64,000 bases of DNA from Setoptus koraiensis (taxonomy: Eukaryota > Animalia > Arthropoda), in the NCBI GenBank assembly GCA_048013815.1, contig CM106586.1:2480001-2544000 (forward strand), written 5' to 3'. Position 1 is the stretch's first letter. Each line of letters begins with the position of its first letter. Positions 39,110 through 51,600 of the stretch are shown here, in pieces. Under the pieces are notes generated by a model. That model did not search any database and had not been told where the DNA came from. It was given only the letters and a program-made list of their open reading frames with translations. A program made the position numbers and the translations under genes.

Positions 39110-39454
39110 TTAGAGAGCTTTGTTTGTGCCTAGTCCGAGGTGGGATGATGATGAAGCGGTACCTCCTTGCTGTTCCTGGAATACTTCTATGGTGTCCTCG
39201 TTTTCCATTTCGAGAAGCTTTGGTGTGTCTGTGTCATCAATTCGTTTTCCATCGAATAAAAATCTCAATGATTGTATGGGTACACCAACTCTATCTGAGT
39301 AGCTCTTTTTGATTTTTTTCATCTCAGTACCATATTTTACCCTAAAATGTATCTCGGTTCCGTCCTGGCTGACAACTTTCAGTTTAATATAGTCACTTGG
39401 AGCGGTGTCACCTGATGGCTCCGCTTTAGCGTCATCTCCGCCCATAGATGCCAT
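39110..39454 (-). CDS. SUMO: Small ubiquitin-related modifier, SUMO1-type precursor, single exon, 114 aa (98-aa mature + 16-aa tail)
   Basis: [19 protein letters not shown]...[36 protein letters not shown] closely parallels SUMO1 (YIKLKVIGQDSSEIHFKVK...EEDVIEVYQEQTGG). The di-Gly is encoded at 39166-39161. Confidence 0.95.
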   Translation of the reverse strand: MASMGGDDAKAEPSGDTAPSDYIKLKVVSQDGTEIHFRVKYGTEMKKIKKSYSDRVGVPIQSLRFLFDGKRIDDTDTPKLLEMENEDTIEVFQEQQGGTASSSSHLGLGTNKAL

Positions 39455-39606
39455 TGTGTTGTTCTAGTCGGTTTAATTAATCCAGATAAAAAATTGTAAG
39501 TTGTTAATTGTTTAATTATTTATTATTTATCACTATTTGTGGAATGATACTGTTGTCAACAAATGGTGAAACACGTATTGTCAGTCGATTTCATTGTTAA
39601 CGCACC

Positions 39607-39652
39607 ATGCGCATGAGTGCGCGCGTGTACAATTTTGGCGCGCTGATTTGAA
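39607..39652. promoter_or_regulatory. Putative SUMO promoter module: NRF1/Ewg-like ATGCGCAT, E2F/CDE TTTTGGCGCG, and CHR TTTGAA 4 nt later
   Basis: ATGCGCAT at 39607-14, TTTTGGCGCG at 39633-42, CTGA spacer, TTTGAA at 39647-52; about 150-200 bp upstream of the SUMO ATG. Motif match only. Confidence 0.5.
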
Positions 39653-40432
39653 TGGTTCAAATGTTCCTAACATGATGTCTGAGATAGACATCAGTTTAAT
39701 ATGGAGACTCCATATTATAGATGCACAAATCTATGCAAGGCAATGATTGGCAAATAGACAAACACGACTTTTTACCGGTATATTGCAACATGAAATGACC
39801 TTTTAAATAGTCAATTATCAAACTAACTGGCATATTCATCTGCACGGTTCATCATGTGTCCTCATGTGCACGTTCCGAATTCTCCATTTTAGAACACATA
39901 GTTCGAACACTTGTTTTAGTTCGAAGTTTTCCTTGCAGAGGCCGCTCGCCTGATCTCATGAGTGTGGACACTGTCTTGGTCACAATCAGATAATTTTCTT
40001 CTTTCTTTTTTCTTGGTTTGTACCGAACGCCAGCTGTGTGGAATTGTCCATGGGTGCTTGTTTAGCTAGTGTGTGAGAAGAAATCAGTAATCTGGCCGAT
40101 GCTGTCGATTGGAACATTGTTGTTTATCATGATAGGATCATTGAGAGGATCCAGTGTGTGGCCTTGCATCATTTGACTCAACTTGACACGTCATGATCAG
40201 CGAGCCAGCGAGCCAGCGAACGGACGAGCGGGCAATTTTCGACTCGAGCACATAATAGCCAACTGCGATTCTGATTAAACTACTACACTATTGATATTAA
40301 TCAAACGTTTATCTAGAATTAGATCCGGTCCCGGTCGCTCTGTTTCTCACTCTCTGATTTGATATGATCTTCGTTATTATTGTAAATCGACGGGTTTGAG
40401 AGGGAAGCAGCGAAGCGAACTGGCACCGTGTG

Positions 40433-40499
40433 TCTATCTATCTATCTATCTATCTATCTTTCAGCTAACAGCTAACAGCCAACAGCTAGCGGCTAACAG
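40433..40499. repeat. (TCTA)~7 followed by ~5 degenerate CAGCTAA heptamers
   Basis: TCTA units at 40433-40459; CAGCTAA, CAGCTAA, CAGCCAA, CAGCTAG, CGGCTAA at 40462-40496. Confidence 0.8.
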
Positions 40500-42226
40500 T
40501 GTTGTTGGCCTTGATGAGAATTGGCTCGACACACACACACACTATACTGGACTGTACTATAGTAGAGTAGACACGCACACGCACACAATGAGGCCCATGT
40601 CCATTAGATTTGCGACGAAAGTCACAAAATTGACTCGAAAAGCGCTAGAGCATTCATTATATGTAATGTATGTAATGGCGCTTCCCTGGCGAGCTATGGC
40701 AATTCGATGATGATCATCATCAAGGTCATTGGCAATTGGCAAGTGATAGTGCGCTGAAACTAGGCCGTTTCATTCGGTTACTGTTAACTATGCGACAACA
40801 GTGAGTAAGAGAGTGAACAACAGAGCGACAATGTATTGTTGTGTGTATGTGCCAATACAAAAGCCGGCTGGCTGATGTGAAATCAGTAGTGCGCAACCAC
40901 CGTTAGTTTCGCTCGACTCGGCACTGCTGGCTCAAAAGTTTACAGCCCGACACACAAGCTGGCGCCAACAACAACAGCAATAACGACAACAACGACAATG
41001 AGTTTCCTGTGCTGTGTTTTGCCGTGTCTAGCTTGACAAGTTTGGCCGAGATTGATTAAAAGTGACCACCAGCGGCGGTCAGACTGTCGTCCAGACGTTA
41101 CCTGGCTGGCGACAGCTGAGGCAAGCCAGCTGACGCAAGTCGGCTGCAAGAGGGCACCTTTTGCGCCCGACTGGCCCATCGATTGATGTAATGAATCGAG
41201 CGTTACTTGGACACAGCGCGCCCAGTAATTCGTTATTTTGTTCGTTATTTTCCAGTCAGTGACATATTGTTGCAGTGTACATTTTTTCTCATATTAACAA
41301 GCGACAATAAGCACTGGCCCGGCTAATATGTATTATGTATGATGCAATATGTACATGCATGACATATACAGTCGCACATATATAGTCGCGTGTAAGTTGT
41401 GCTGTATTTTGTCCTGAATTTTTGGCTTAATCGGCCACTGCCAATGCTACACCGATTATAAGATTACTTTAAAAGTTGCACAGCCAAAAAACTGCAGCAA
41501 AACTGCGACACACAGAAACACACATCATCTCTAACATGAACAGGTTAGCCCAGGATCCCATCCGCTGCCTTGGGGCGCCCAGTGGTTTGCTGGTGCGCCG
41601 ACCGCCCCGCAGCACTAAAGTCACAAATACACACTGTGCATCCGAGGGAGCCTAGGTGCGTTCGCGCGCACTTGCGTGCGGCCCCAAGGCGCCAGTACGC
41701 AGCCTCGTATCGCGCACCATAAGTGCCAGTATGGTGGCCGATGGCGTCGATTCGCGGTTTGTTTCGCGGAGAGTTGTCGGTACGTGCGCCAGCCAGAGTA
41801 AAAGTTTTGTCCTTGTTGGATGTTGCTCGTTAATTTCGTTTTAACTCTCGCCAGAAGCACCGACAGTGATGTTATGATATCTGCCTGCAACTGTACAGCA
41901 GCCAATATCCATGTTTACAACTGACCTCCAAACGCCCGCCGAACACAATATCATCAGTACACAGACGCGTTAGTGTAGCGCGAAACAGCGTTAATATGAT
42001 GCTAAACATCAAGTTGAAGGTGAAAAATCGCAAGCAATATACAGCGGCACGCCGGCCCACATACACCAAGACCAGAAATAAACTTAAGGCCAGCGGACAG
42101 TGCGTAAGTTCGGTGGCACCATTGGGCCGGCAGCAAGAGAAGAAATTCAGCAGCAGCAGCAGCAACGACAGTGGCTCAAACCATGACTTTGATCTAAGTT
42201 GTGCTAACCAGTGCGAGTCAATAGTT

Positions 42227-45200
42227 ATGAGGGCAGCCAAATTTTGTCCGATTGTATACGTTATGATAGTGTTAGTGGGCCAAGTTGGCGGCCAAATATC
42301 GCCCGACAACAACAACCATAGGCAGCACGAAAGCTCCCACCAACAACAGATTGCACAAGAAGAAGCCTGGAATATCCATTCGGAGCACGGGCCAATAAAC
42401 AGCGATTATCATTCGCCAGGTGAGTTCGCAGCACAACGCAAGAAACAAGACCAAGTCACCGTCTCGACTATCCAATTGTATCGTGAAAACAGGAAACTGT
42501 GCCCGCCCGCAGAATGCATCAATTGTGCGCTTTTTGCGTCCTCTTGCAACAACAGTGAATGATGGCCTGTATCATTTTTCATACGGCGCCTCTTATTATT
42601 TTGCTTTCTCTTCTTTTTGGCGTTTGTCCGACTTGATCGTCTTCGCGCAACTACAACAACGTCTGTTAGTGCGAGATTGTTCACAAAATCTCTTCACCAA
42701 AGTCTCGTACCGTGAGACGACGGCACAGAGATTAACCAAAGATAATTATGGCCAGTATTATATAGAGCCACTTGAGCGACAACAACAGCAGCAGCAACAG
42801 CAACGAGCCATTTGTAGCGATAACACATCGGCCACTTGATCGAGCTGCCCAATGCGCTTTCTGCACGAGCAATAATGTGTACGCTTGGCTGTTCATTTAC
42901 TTTTGATTGCTGCCATAATAATAGCCATACAGACGCACAATCTCTTGGCCGGCGCCGTCGTTTTTTTTTCTGCCAACCAAACACCATCAGGTGCAACGAG
43001 GGCCCCAACCAACGGGTCCTCTGGCGGGCCCGGCTCGACAGGGCGAGCCCGCACCGCCGACTTTGCTCGCTGTCCTATCCGACAGACTGTGCGCTGTTGA
43101 ACAGAGTGTGTTTTTATATCGCTACTGTCGCTGATGGTTGCCTTGTGCATAGGTCAAAACGCGAGCAACAACCGCCACAGCAACAACTATCTAAACGATC
43201 TCTAATCTTTCTGTCTGTCTCGTTTTGGGCCATGCAAGTCGCTTGTTTGCGCGCCAACGAGTTAGTGGCCAACGGATTAAATTAAATGAGCGACAGCGAC
43301 GCTTATTAGAAAGACAATTGTGTCGAGGCCTATATGTCCGCCATGACCAGCACGACCACTACGACTACGACCAGTGTTTGGCGGCGACCCCGGCCAAACA
43401 CCAAGCGCCAGCGGCAGCAGCAACGCTCATAGTGACATATAGTGAATTGGCGTTGAATAATAGTGTGTATAAATGGTGGGTGCTGGTCAGTTATTCAATT
43501 GGGCGGCCCACACAAATATTATAACAGGCTGCCCAAATGGAATGTTGCTCGCATGTTGGCGCATTCCATCGAGCATCCCATCGAGCGCCCCATCGAGCGT
43601 CTCATCGAGAGCGAGAGCATTTTTGGTGTAGCCGAAGGTGGTGGTTATGTCATGTCGCATGTAAGCTGTTGTTTGTAGTCGTTCATTGTGGTAACCAGCA
43701 CCAATAGAGGCGCCACAACTGGGCCAGCATAATGTGTGCGTGTGTGACTACTGCTAGTAGTCATCTCTCACTCGAGTGCATCCAAAATAACGGAACGCTT
43801 CCGCTGACTTCCGCCTCTTATGGCTCTTAGCCGCGTTGGTTGGCATAAATAAGGCAACTGTGTGGCGATATTCTCTCGGTCAATTCGGTCGCCAAATAGG
43901 GCCTCGCGTGGCTGCAAGTTTCAACGACGTGCACTCATCATTTGGCGCTGGCTCGTCAGTTGTTGCGGATACTTGAGTCGCCGTTGGTTAGCTAGCCGCC
44001 GACGACAGCAGGCCCCACATTGCGCCAAGATAATCGGGCTCGCCAATGGCCGGCCAGTGATCGGGCGAGTGGCCCCATCGATTACATCATCGATACAATG
44101 CGGTTGTCAGCGGTTGTATGTGACCGCTAGCTCGCTCTGCCAGAGACTCTCTGGCCAGTCTGGACCCCCGTGGACAATGGCAAACTGTCAACGGTGCGCT
44201 CATCGCGTATTTATGGGGCACCCAATGGGCACCAGTCACGTTGTTGTGTGTGTATGTGTGTGTTTTTGGGCCGCGCAAAAAGTGAGTTAGTCCCCGAAAG
44301 CCAGCTCGCTCAATCGTGCACAATAATGGCTCAAGCTCTCCACTAATATCATCATCTATGGCAGTGTGTGTGTGTGTCGTAATGAGGCCGGGCACATCGT
44401 TTCGATCAATTGAGATCAATTGGCGATCACTTTTGCTCGGCCGATTGTTCCTGCACACACACACACACACACACACACACCAAAAGTGATTCGGTCATCC
44501 ATCCGATCGAGTCCATCCATGGATTGAGTCCACTTGGCAATAGCGTCTCGCTCTCTTACTCTGACTGGAACTCACTAAGCGACCACATAGCGCACAAGCG
44601 CAGACAGGAAGTTGTGGGCTAGCGATAGGGTTGTCACCTCGTGCGCGTAGCTGGACATGCTTTTTGCCGATTGGCCATGCAGCTAGCGTTGCAGTGAGCC
44701 AACTCATTAAGCCTAAGCACCAGATCGCAACCAACTGAACCAGTGACTGCCGGCTGGCCACTTGTTATGCTGTCGAATCAATCGCGTGCCCTGGTCTCAT
44801 ACGCTGTGTATGATACACACATATATTATCAATGGTCGTGCTGGTTGTTATCATTGTCACGTTGCCGTTGCATTTTCTGTTTCCACGCTGTGCTCTGATT
44901 GTTGCAGCTTGCGCAACATTTTGACTTTTTGCTCATTATGACGCAAAGACGACCATCGGTCATAATCATCATCATTCACTTGTTTGCCGTCCACTTGTGT
45001 GCGTGTGCGTGTGTGTGTGTGTGCGTCTCGCTGGGGACAACAACAAAACAACAAAGACAACGGCAACAGCGACAGCGAGCGGCGCTCGTTACAATTGTTT
45101 GTTGGTTTAAACTGGACACGGCTCAATCTCTTGGGCTGGCGGCAAACGGTCGAGTATATCACTTGTTTTCTAATTACCAGCAACACCGGCTCACACAGCT

Positions 45201-48200
45201 TAACACGCAAGACCATGTCATGATTTAATGATGGCACACATACAGCTTGCAATTGTAGTGGGCACGCTTAGCTGGCCGGACGGCCAGCCAGGGCACGTGG
45301 GCCCTATAGGTCCTTGAGATTGTGGCCAGCTTAGCTTTTGTGTTTTGTTATTTGTTATATGTTTGTGGCGCGCCGGCCACCACTTGGCCAACATCAACCA
45401 CACCAATGAGCGTAAAGGCGCCCTCTTTTAGACACTGCCCACTTCCTAATTATTTTGTGTCTTTTACAAGGCTGCTCCAATTGAACCAGCCAGTGCACAA
45501 GTCCAGGCCAGTCTATCAGTTTCTCGGCCATCAATTGTGTGCCATCAGTTGAGCGGCCAGTGGCCAGTTGAGCCGACGCTGGCCAGTTGAGCCGCCACTG
45601 GTCAGTTGTGCCACCAAAAGACTAACACCAGACACTCGTGGAGTGAGCAAGAGTTGGACAATATTCGCTCTTGTAGTGTCCGTTGTATCAATTGTGTGTC
45701 ATCTTGGTCAACAAACAAACAAGCAAGCAAGCCATCAAGCGGACATACTAACAAATACTAACAATACACTAGCAGTAATTGAAGGAATCTAGATAAATAC
45801 TGGCCTTACCAACAAGATAATGAGCGCTAGCTGGCCGCCGTTCATGCCCCATGAGCGTTTGAGCCTGACAAAATGAGCCTGCCCATGGACAAACGGCGCC
45901 CATTAATGATATAACAGAACAATGATCTTGCTCACCTGATATTATTAATGGCTCAATGACACACTTGTGTATACGGCTGGCACACGACGCGACAAATACA
46001 GAAGAGCACACACACACACACACACATAATATTGAGCAGATCAATAGCGGGCGACAGGAGGTAATAGATACTGGCCAGTTTTGTGTCACTGGCAGCCAAC
46101 TGGACAAGCGAGTGGACAGCCGCCATCCTAATTGGGCAATCTATGCAACGGTCAGCCAGAGACGACAGGCCAGCGCCGAGAGGAGCACAAAGGCGACATT
46201 GAAAGTGCCTCTAATGGGCCGGATTCAATGTCGCTACATTATATGACAGGGCCTGTGCGACGGAGCCTGCACAAAAGAGAGGACAGAGTTGGGCTGGCCA
46301 AAACTCTTGCGCACGAGACGCGAATAAAGAGAACACAAGATTAATCTGCGAATAACAAAGGCAACAACGACATTGACGACCAGCAATGGTCAGAGTGCCA
46401 GTTGCAGATATTGGATCTGGCGTACTATTCAAATGAGCTGCCAGACTGGCCGACACACACACACAGCATGTCTGGCAAGACTGGCTGTAGCAGAGAGAGA
46501 GAGAGAGTTGCGAATGGAACGAGTCTGAAATAATTCTTTCTCTCTTTCTCTCTCGTTCTCTACCTTGGATTCGCAGCCAGCCAGCGGTCGGGTCGTTTGT
46601 TTGCCTAGCTCGTCGTCTATTCAACAATGATGGGCCTTGTTGTTGGCTTGTTTGTTCTTGTGTGTGTGTGTGCGTCTAAGGGCTCTAAAGCGGCTCACTT
46701 ACAGCGCTGGCAGCACCAGCAAGCCACAACTAATTCAATCTGTATGCGAGTTTGTGAGCGAGTATATTAATATTGCTGTTGTTGTAGTAGCAGTGGTAGT
46801 GATATTAACATTACCACCAATATCAAGCCAACAATAATGATGCTGACGATAATAACATGCAACAAATGAACTCTCACTCACTCGCACTTATTGTACACAC
46901 ACACAAGCTGGCAACGAGTTGCCTGCTACGACTCACCTGAGCTCGGCTTAAGCTCGCGCTGGCGTGTCCTTGATTTTGTCATTGTGTATACCTTTTTATC
47001 CTCTTTCGCCACCACTGCTTCTCTGGGTTGGCTTCAGCCAGACAGCCAGCCAGCCAGACAGACAGGCTGGCAGTCGGACTGGCTACAGCCAGCCAGCAGG
47101 ATCGAGTTCTTTTCGTGTGCCAGTGTGTGTCAGTGTGTGTGTGTGTGTGTGCAAATAGGAACGTTCGCCTCCGAACGCGCGACGGTCTGCTCGCAGCCAT
47201 GAACAGCAGCAACAACCAATCGCAATCAATTAGAATGGCTGGTGTGCCTGCCACAATAGACTGAGAATATAACATATATAGAGATATTGTTTGATTGCCT
47301 GATTCCATGTTTATATGAGTCCGTTGTTATTACTCACAAGTGCACGCACACACACACACACACACAAAGCTATCGATTACTGTGAGCTGTGTAGACGAGC
47401 TGCCATTGATGAACACGTGAGAACGTGCCAATTGTGTGCGATGCAAACACACACCGTACTCTTGTCAACTCACCTGTGTGTCGTATCCAGTGTGTGTCGT
47501 ATTCCAACAACAGTCAGTGTTACTGCCAGCTAGCCAGCTAATATCGCTAATAATAATAATGTGAGCAGCCCAACAACGACACCAGATATTCGCCCAACGA
47601 TATCCTGTTTGTTGTTGGTCGTTGCACGTTTGCTCGTTGCTCACAATCGGCGCCATTATTACTGCTGGCATTACCTGAATTAAAACCGTTTATCAGCTGC
47701 ACTATTTTTAGTTTCGTGGCAACGTTCAATTGCATTTTATTTCAAGAACAAGAACAGTGTTGAGTGTGACAGGTGAGCACGATCATTATTATTTGTAACT
47801 GATCCATTGGTTGCTGTGTGTGTGTGTGTGTGTGTCAAGCTGCTTGTGTGTTGAGACCAGAAGAGCGGGCAGGTGAGCCGTTGAAAGTAAAAATAGTCGT
47901 CTGTCAGTAGTGACTTCAAGGGGACACACGCAGCCAAGAGACGACGAGAAAGAGGGCACACACAGCAATCATTAGCAAGTTAACAACAGGCAGAGAGTTG
48001 TTGTTGCTGCTGCTGTTGTTGTTAGTCTCAATTCACAAACGTACTGAAGTCGCTGGTCGCAGTTTTGGTTGCTTACGCAACTGATAAACGCTGCTATTAA
48101 TACAGTCGCTCGCATTTACAGCCCCAACCAGCAAGCTGGCAAGTGACTGAGCTACAACAATAACAACACGACTATAGCTAGAAATAAAATTAGAAGTAAC

Positions 48201-48620
48201 ATGATTACTGAACTCACAAATAGGGGCGTGCTCGCCGAGAGTAAAGAGCGGGATAATGCGGATGAATGGATAATCACTAATGAAAACTAAGCAAGCTGGC
48301 TAGGCCAAGTGAAAAGTGTTGGCCACAGCTCACACAACAGAACAAGTTTGCCAATAAGACAATTAGTAGTTATCAGTTATAGCGGCAGCAGCAGCGGCGG
48401 CGGCGGCGCCGATTAAACTAGAGCACACACTAGAAGAAGCGAAAGCGAATATTCCAGCGAGCGGCAGCAGCGAGAGATGCTCAGCAGCAGATAAACAAGC
48501 CCAACAGCAACGACAGCAACAACTGCAACAACTGCAACAACATCCACAACAACGCAACACCCATAATGCAGCAGCGCAGTGTTGATACCTTTTGCAACTT
48601 GCAGCAACTTTAAGCAACAG

Positions 48621-48654
<34 letters not shown>

Positions 48655-51600
48655 TGATGGTCATCAACCCCCTCAATGTTGTACTGATCTAAATATAGTG
48701 CATTGAATTTAGGAAAAGCAAGTCACTATGAATAATGAATGAACAAACGAACACACAAACTCTGACCTGCCACAACATAAACCTTCGCAAACTCCGTCCA
48801 GACGCCAACAACTTTCTCGAAGCCGCAAAATAATGAGCCCGCATGATTGTTGGCACAATCGTAACTCGACCGACACTCGTAGTGACCATTGGCACCATTT
48901 GCTGCCTCTGCCAGTGTCATCCGTAATTCGATAGATTCTTGGTCGGTCTATCGGCGGCGATGCTCAAATCGACATTGGCCGCACCACAACCGCACAAAAA
49001 CAAACGCCAGCGCAGCAAGGTAACAAGTTTAGCTAAATATAGAGACACAGTTAGAAAATAGACAAGGCTTATTGCAAATCGCCTGTCGACGAAGCATCAC
49101 CGAAGCAGACAAGGAAAAATATTTTTTTATTATTCAGTATCAGCATTGTTTTCGTCCGTGATTATAGAGAAGAAAAAAATATCATTGTCAAGCAAACCGC
49201 AATCGCGTACACTCGTGACAATATAAGATAGTATAGAGCGCAAACAAATAATAACAAATAGCAAATAGCAAGTAACGCACAAAAGCAAGCATTGTACCGA
49301 AGACACAGAAGAAGCAGCAGATAGCAACATGATTGAATTCACAAGTTTCCTACTAAAGCATCTGTACGAATTGATGGCAGATCAAAATGACTCTAATGAA
49401 CCCGATCCGATATTGTTATTTCTGGCTCACAATCAATTGCCTGATCTAATTTGTGATACGTTTGTTGAATTGTTGTTCATAAGTGTCTTTCTAGCCATCA
49501 TTTGGATCTTCATGGCCATAACAGAGATACACAACGGAACTGGCTGTCATCTGTCCTCCATATCGCTATTCTCATGTCAGTCAAAGTCCATTTTGGACGC
49601 CTACTAATACAAACCACACACACACCGCTAATGCACCGCTATTGCGCCCTATACTGAATTATATTTTCGGCCGTCAAGTATTGTTGTTGACAGTGTGAAA
49701 TCAAAATTGCGTATTGATTACGGCGACAACTGCTAACTCAAACCAACAATCGCAAACCACTATCATCACAATAGTAGTGGCCATTACTACTACTACTACC
49801 ACTATTAGTGCGTCAATAACAATAGCGAAACAATCTGATTTATATAAAATTCATGGTCACAGGGGACACAGGGCATTGTGCTTAGCTCGGTGTGCTAATC
49901 TGTCTAGTCAATTCCATTGATAACAACCTGTCTGCTGCCTGCTGTTATATACTACAATGAGCTCATCAGATTAACGCTGGCAAGACAAACAAATGAATAT
50001 TAATAATAGCAACAAAAACAATAAGCTATAAATAATAAATAATAGATGAACCATAATAAACCACGAGGCCACATTATTCATGAATCATTCAGACAAAATG
50101 CAAATGTTCACTAACCAAATTAATCTATCAGGCTCATCTTGCCAAGATGACTGCGGTCACTTAATTTTTTCGCGCCTTTTTTGCTACGAATTATTCGTCG
50201 AATATTCGATTTCTTGTTAATTTGTTCTTTCTGTGCAGTCTGCAGTAACAAGCAGATTAACCCCTCGCCCCAGCAGCAAGTCTGCTTTTGCGCCCTGCAG
50301 TGTGCGAGACAGTTTAGCAGTTAAACAGTCTAGGTAAGCAGCGGCAGTCAGCGCCAAACTGCAACTGCATCTGCATCGGTGTGTGGTGTCGCATCAATGG
50401 TGTTCTATTATGCTGTAACAATAATAATAATAATATTAATAATATTTATATATTTACATGGCCGTAGCTAACGACCAAGCCTGTACGGAGCTCAGACTGC
50501 GGTGCGAGCCGCAGCAGAGGCTGTTGATGCAGGAATTCTCCATCGCTCTTGATTGTCATTATTTATGTCCGTCTATAAAGTAATCTCAAAGGGGCCACGT
50601 GTGCAGTCGTTGTGGGAATGGTCTCGAGTTAGGGTCGCTGGTCGCGACACGGTTGCAGAGGCCACAAAATTCATGAAAATATTTCCTAGGTCGAATCGAT
50701 CGAATTATGTCGGGCTCCGATGGCACAATCGCTTGGTCATAAACTATATCCGATATAGTATATTGTTCATCGGCGACAGCGGCGCCCAGTGTCAACAGGC
50801 GTGTGCGCCAATACACGAGGGCCCTTGAGAGAGCCGTGGAGAAAGTTCTGCCGTTGTGTGCAGCTCTATGCAGTATACAGTATACAGTTGTGTATAGGAC
50901 AGAACAAAGGGTTGTGTTGTTTGTTCTACGCCGGTTGCACCACCAGCGAGACGAGATAACGAGATTATTGCATCCTCGCGCCTCATTATCATTTATTATT
51001 ATTATTTATTTATACTTATCACTACATTTTCGCCATCAATGCTGGCACCAGACGGACATCAATTTGCATAGCCATTATTATTATTATTGCTATTATTATT
51101 ATCATCATTATTATCATCATTATTACTATTTTTATTTTTATGACGTACAGCATAGTAAATGGCCATGTTAGCTGCTGTATGTAGGAGCGCCAACGATATC
51201 TTAATTACGCGAGACGACAATTCTTCTTGCGAATTGGGAGTATTGGCAATCGGCCATTACACTGCTATTAAGATCACAAATGGAATAATACATGTTATAA
51301 ATTCTCACGCCATCTAAATAATCTCCTCCCTCTAATTTATCCCTTACGTATCCCCCGTGTATCCAATATGCCATCAAAACACCACAAATTCAACTGGACA
51401 CACTCATACATACACACAGTGAATATATTCAGCGAGGACAATTATGAACAGGAACTAGCTGCGAGCTTTGTTGTTGGCCGAGCTCAACGAGACTTGCACC
51501 ATGACGGCCCCGATACTCTCAATGGCCAAGACCAACAAAACCGTCCACCTATAGAGTCGTCTTTTGTATCAACGACAACAACACAATCAACCGGATATAA

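Noticed and set aside
42420-48920. Numerous 60-150-aa ORFs on both strands
   Set aside because: Overlapping, mostly non-ATG starts, dominated by microsatellite translations (HTHT, CVCV, SLSL, poly-Q/A).
50553-50828. ORF with GLRWHNRLVI as a possible missing NELL LamG exon
   Set aside because: Only superficial similarity to LamG DGxWH; no convincing flanking splice sites or other LamG motifs.
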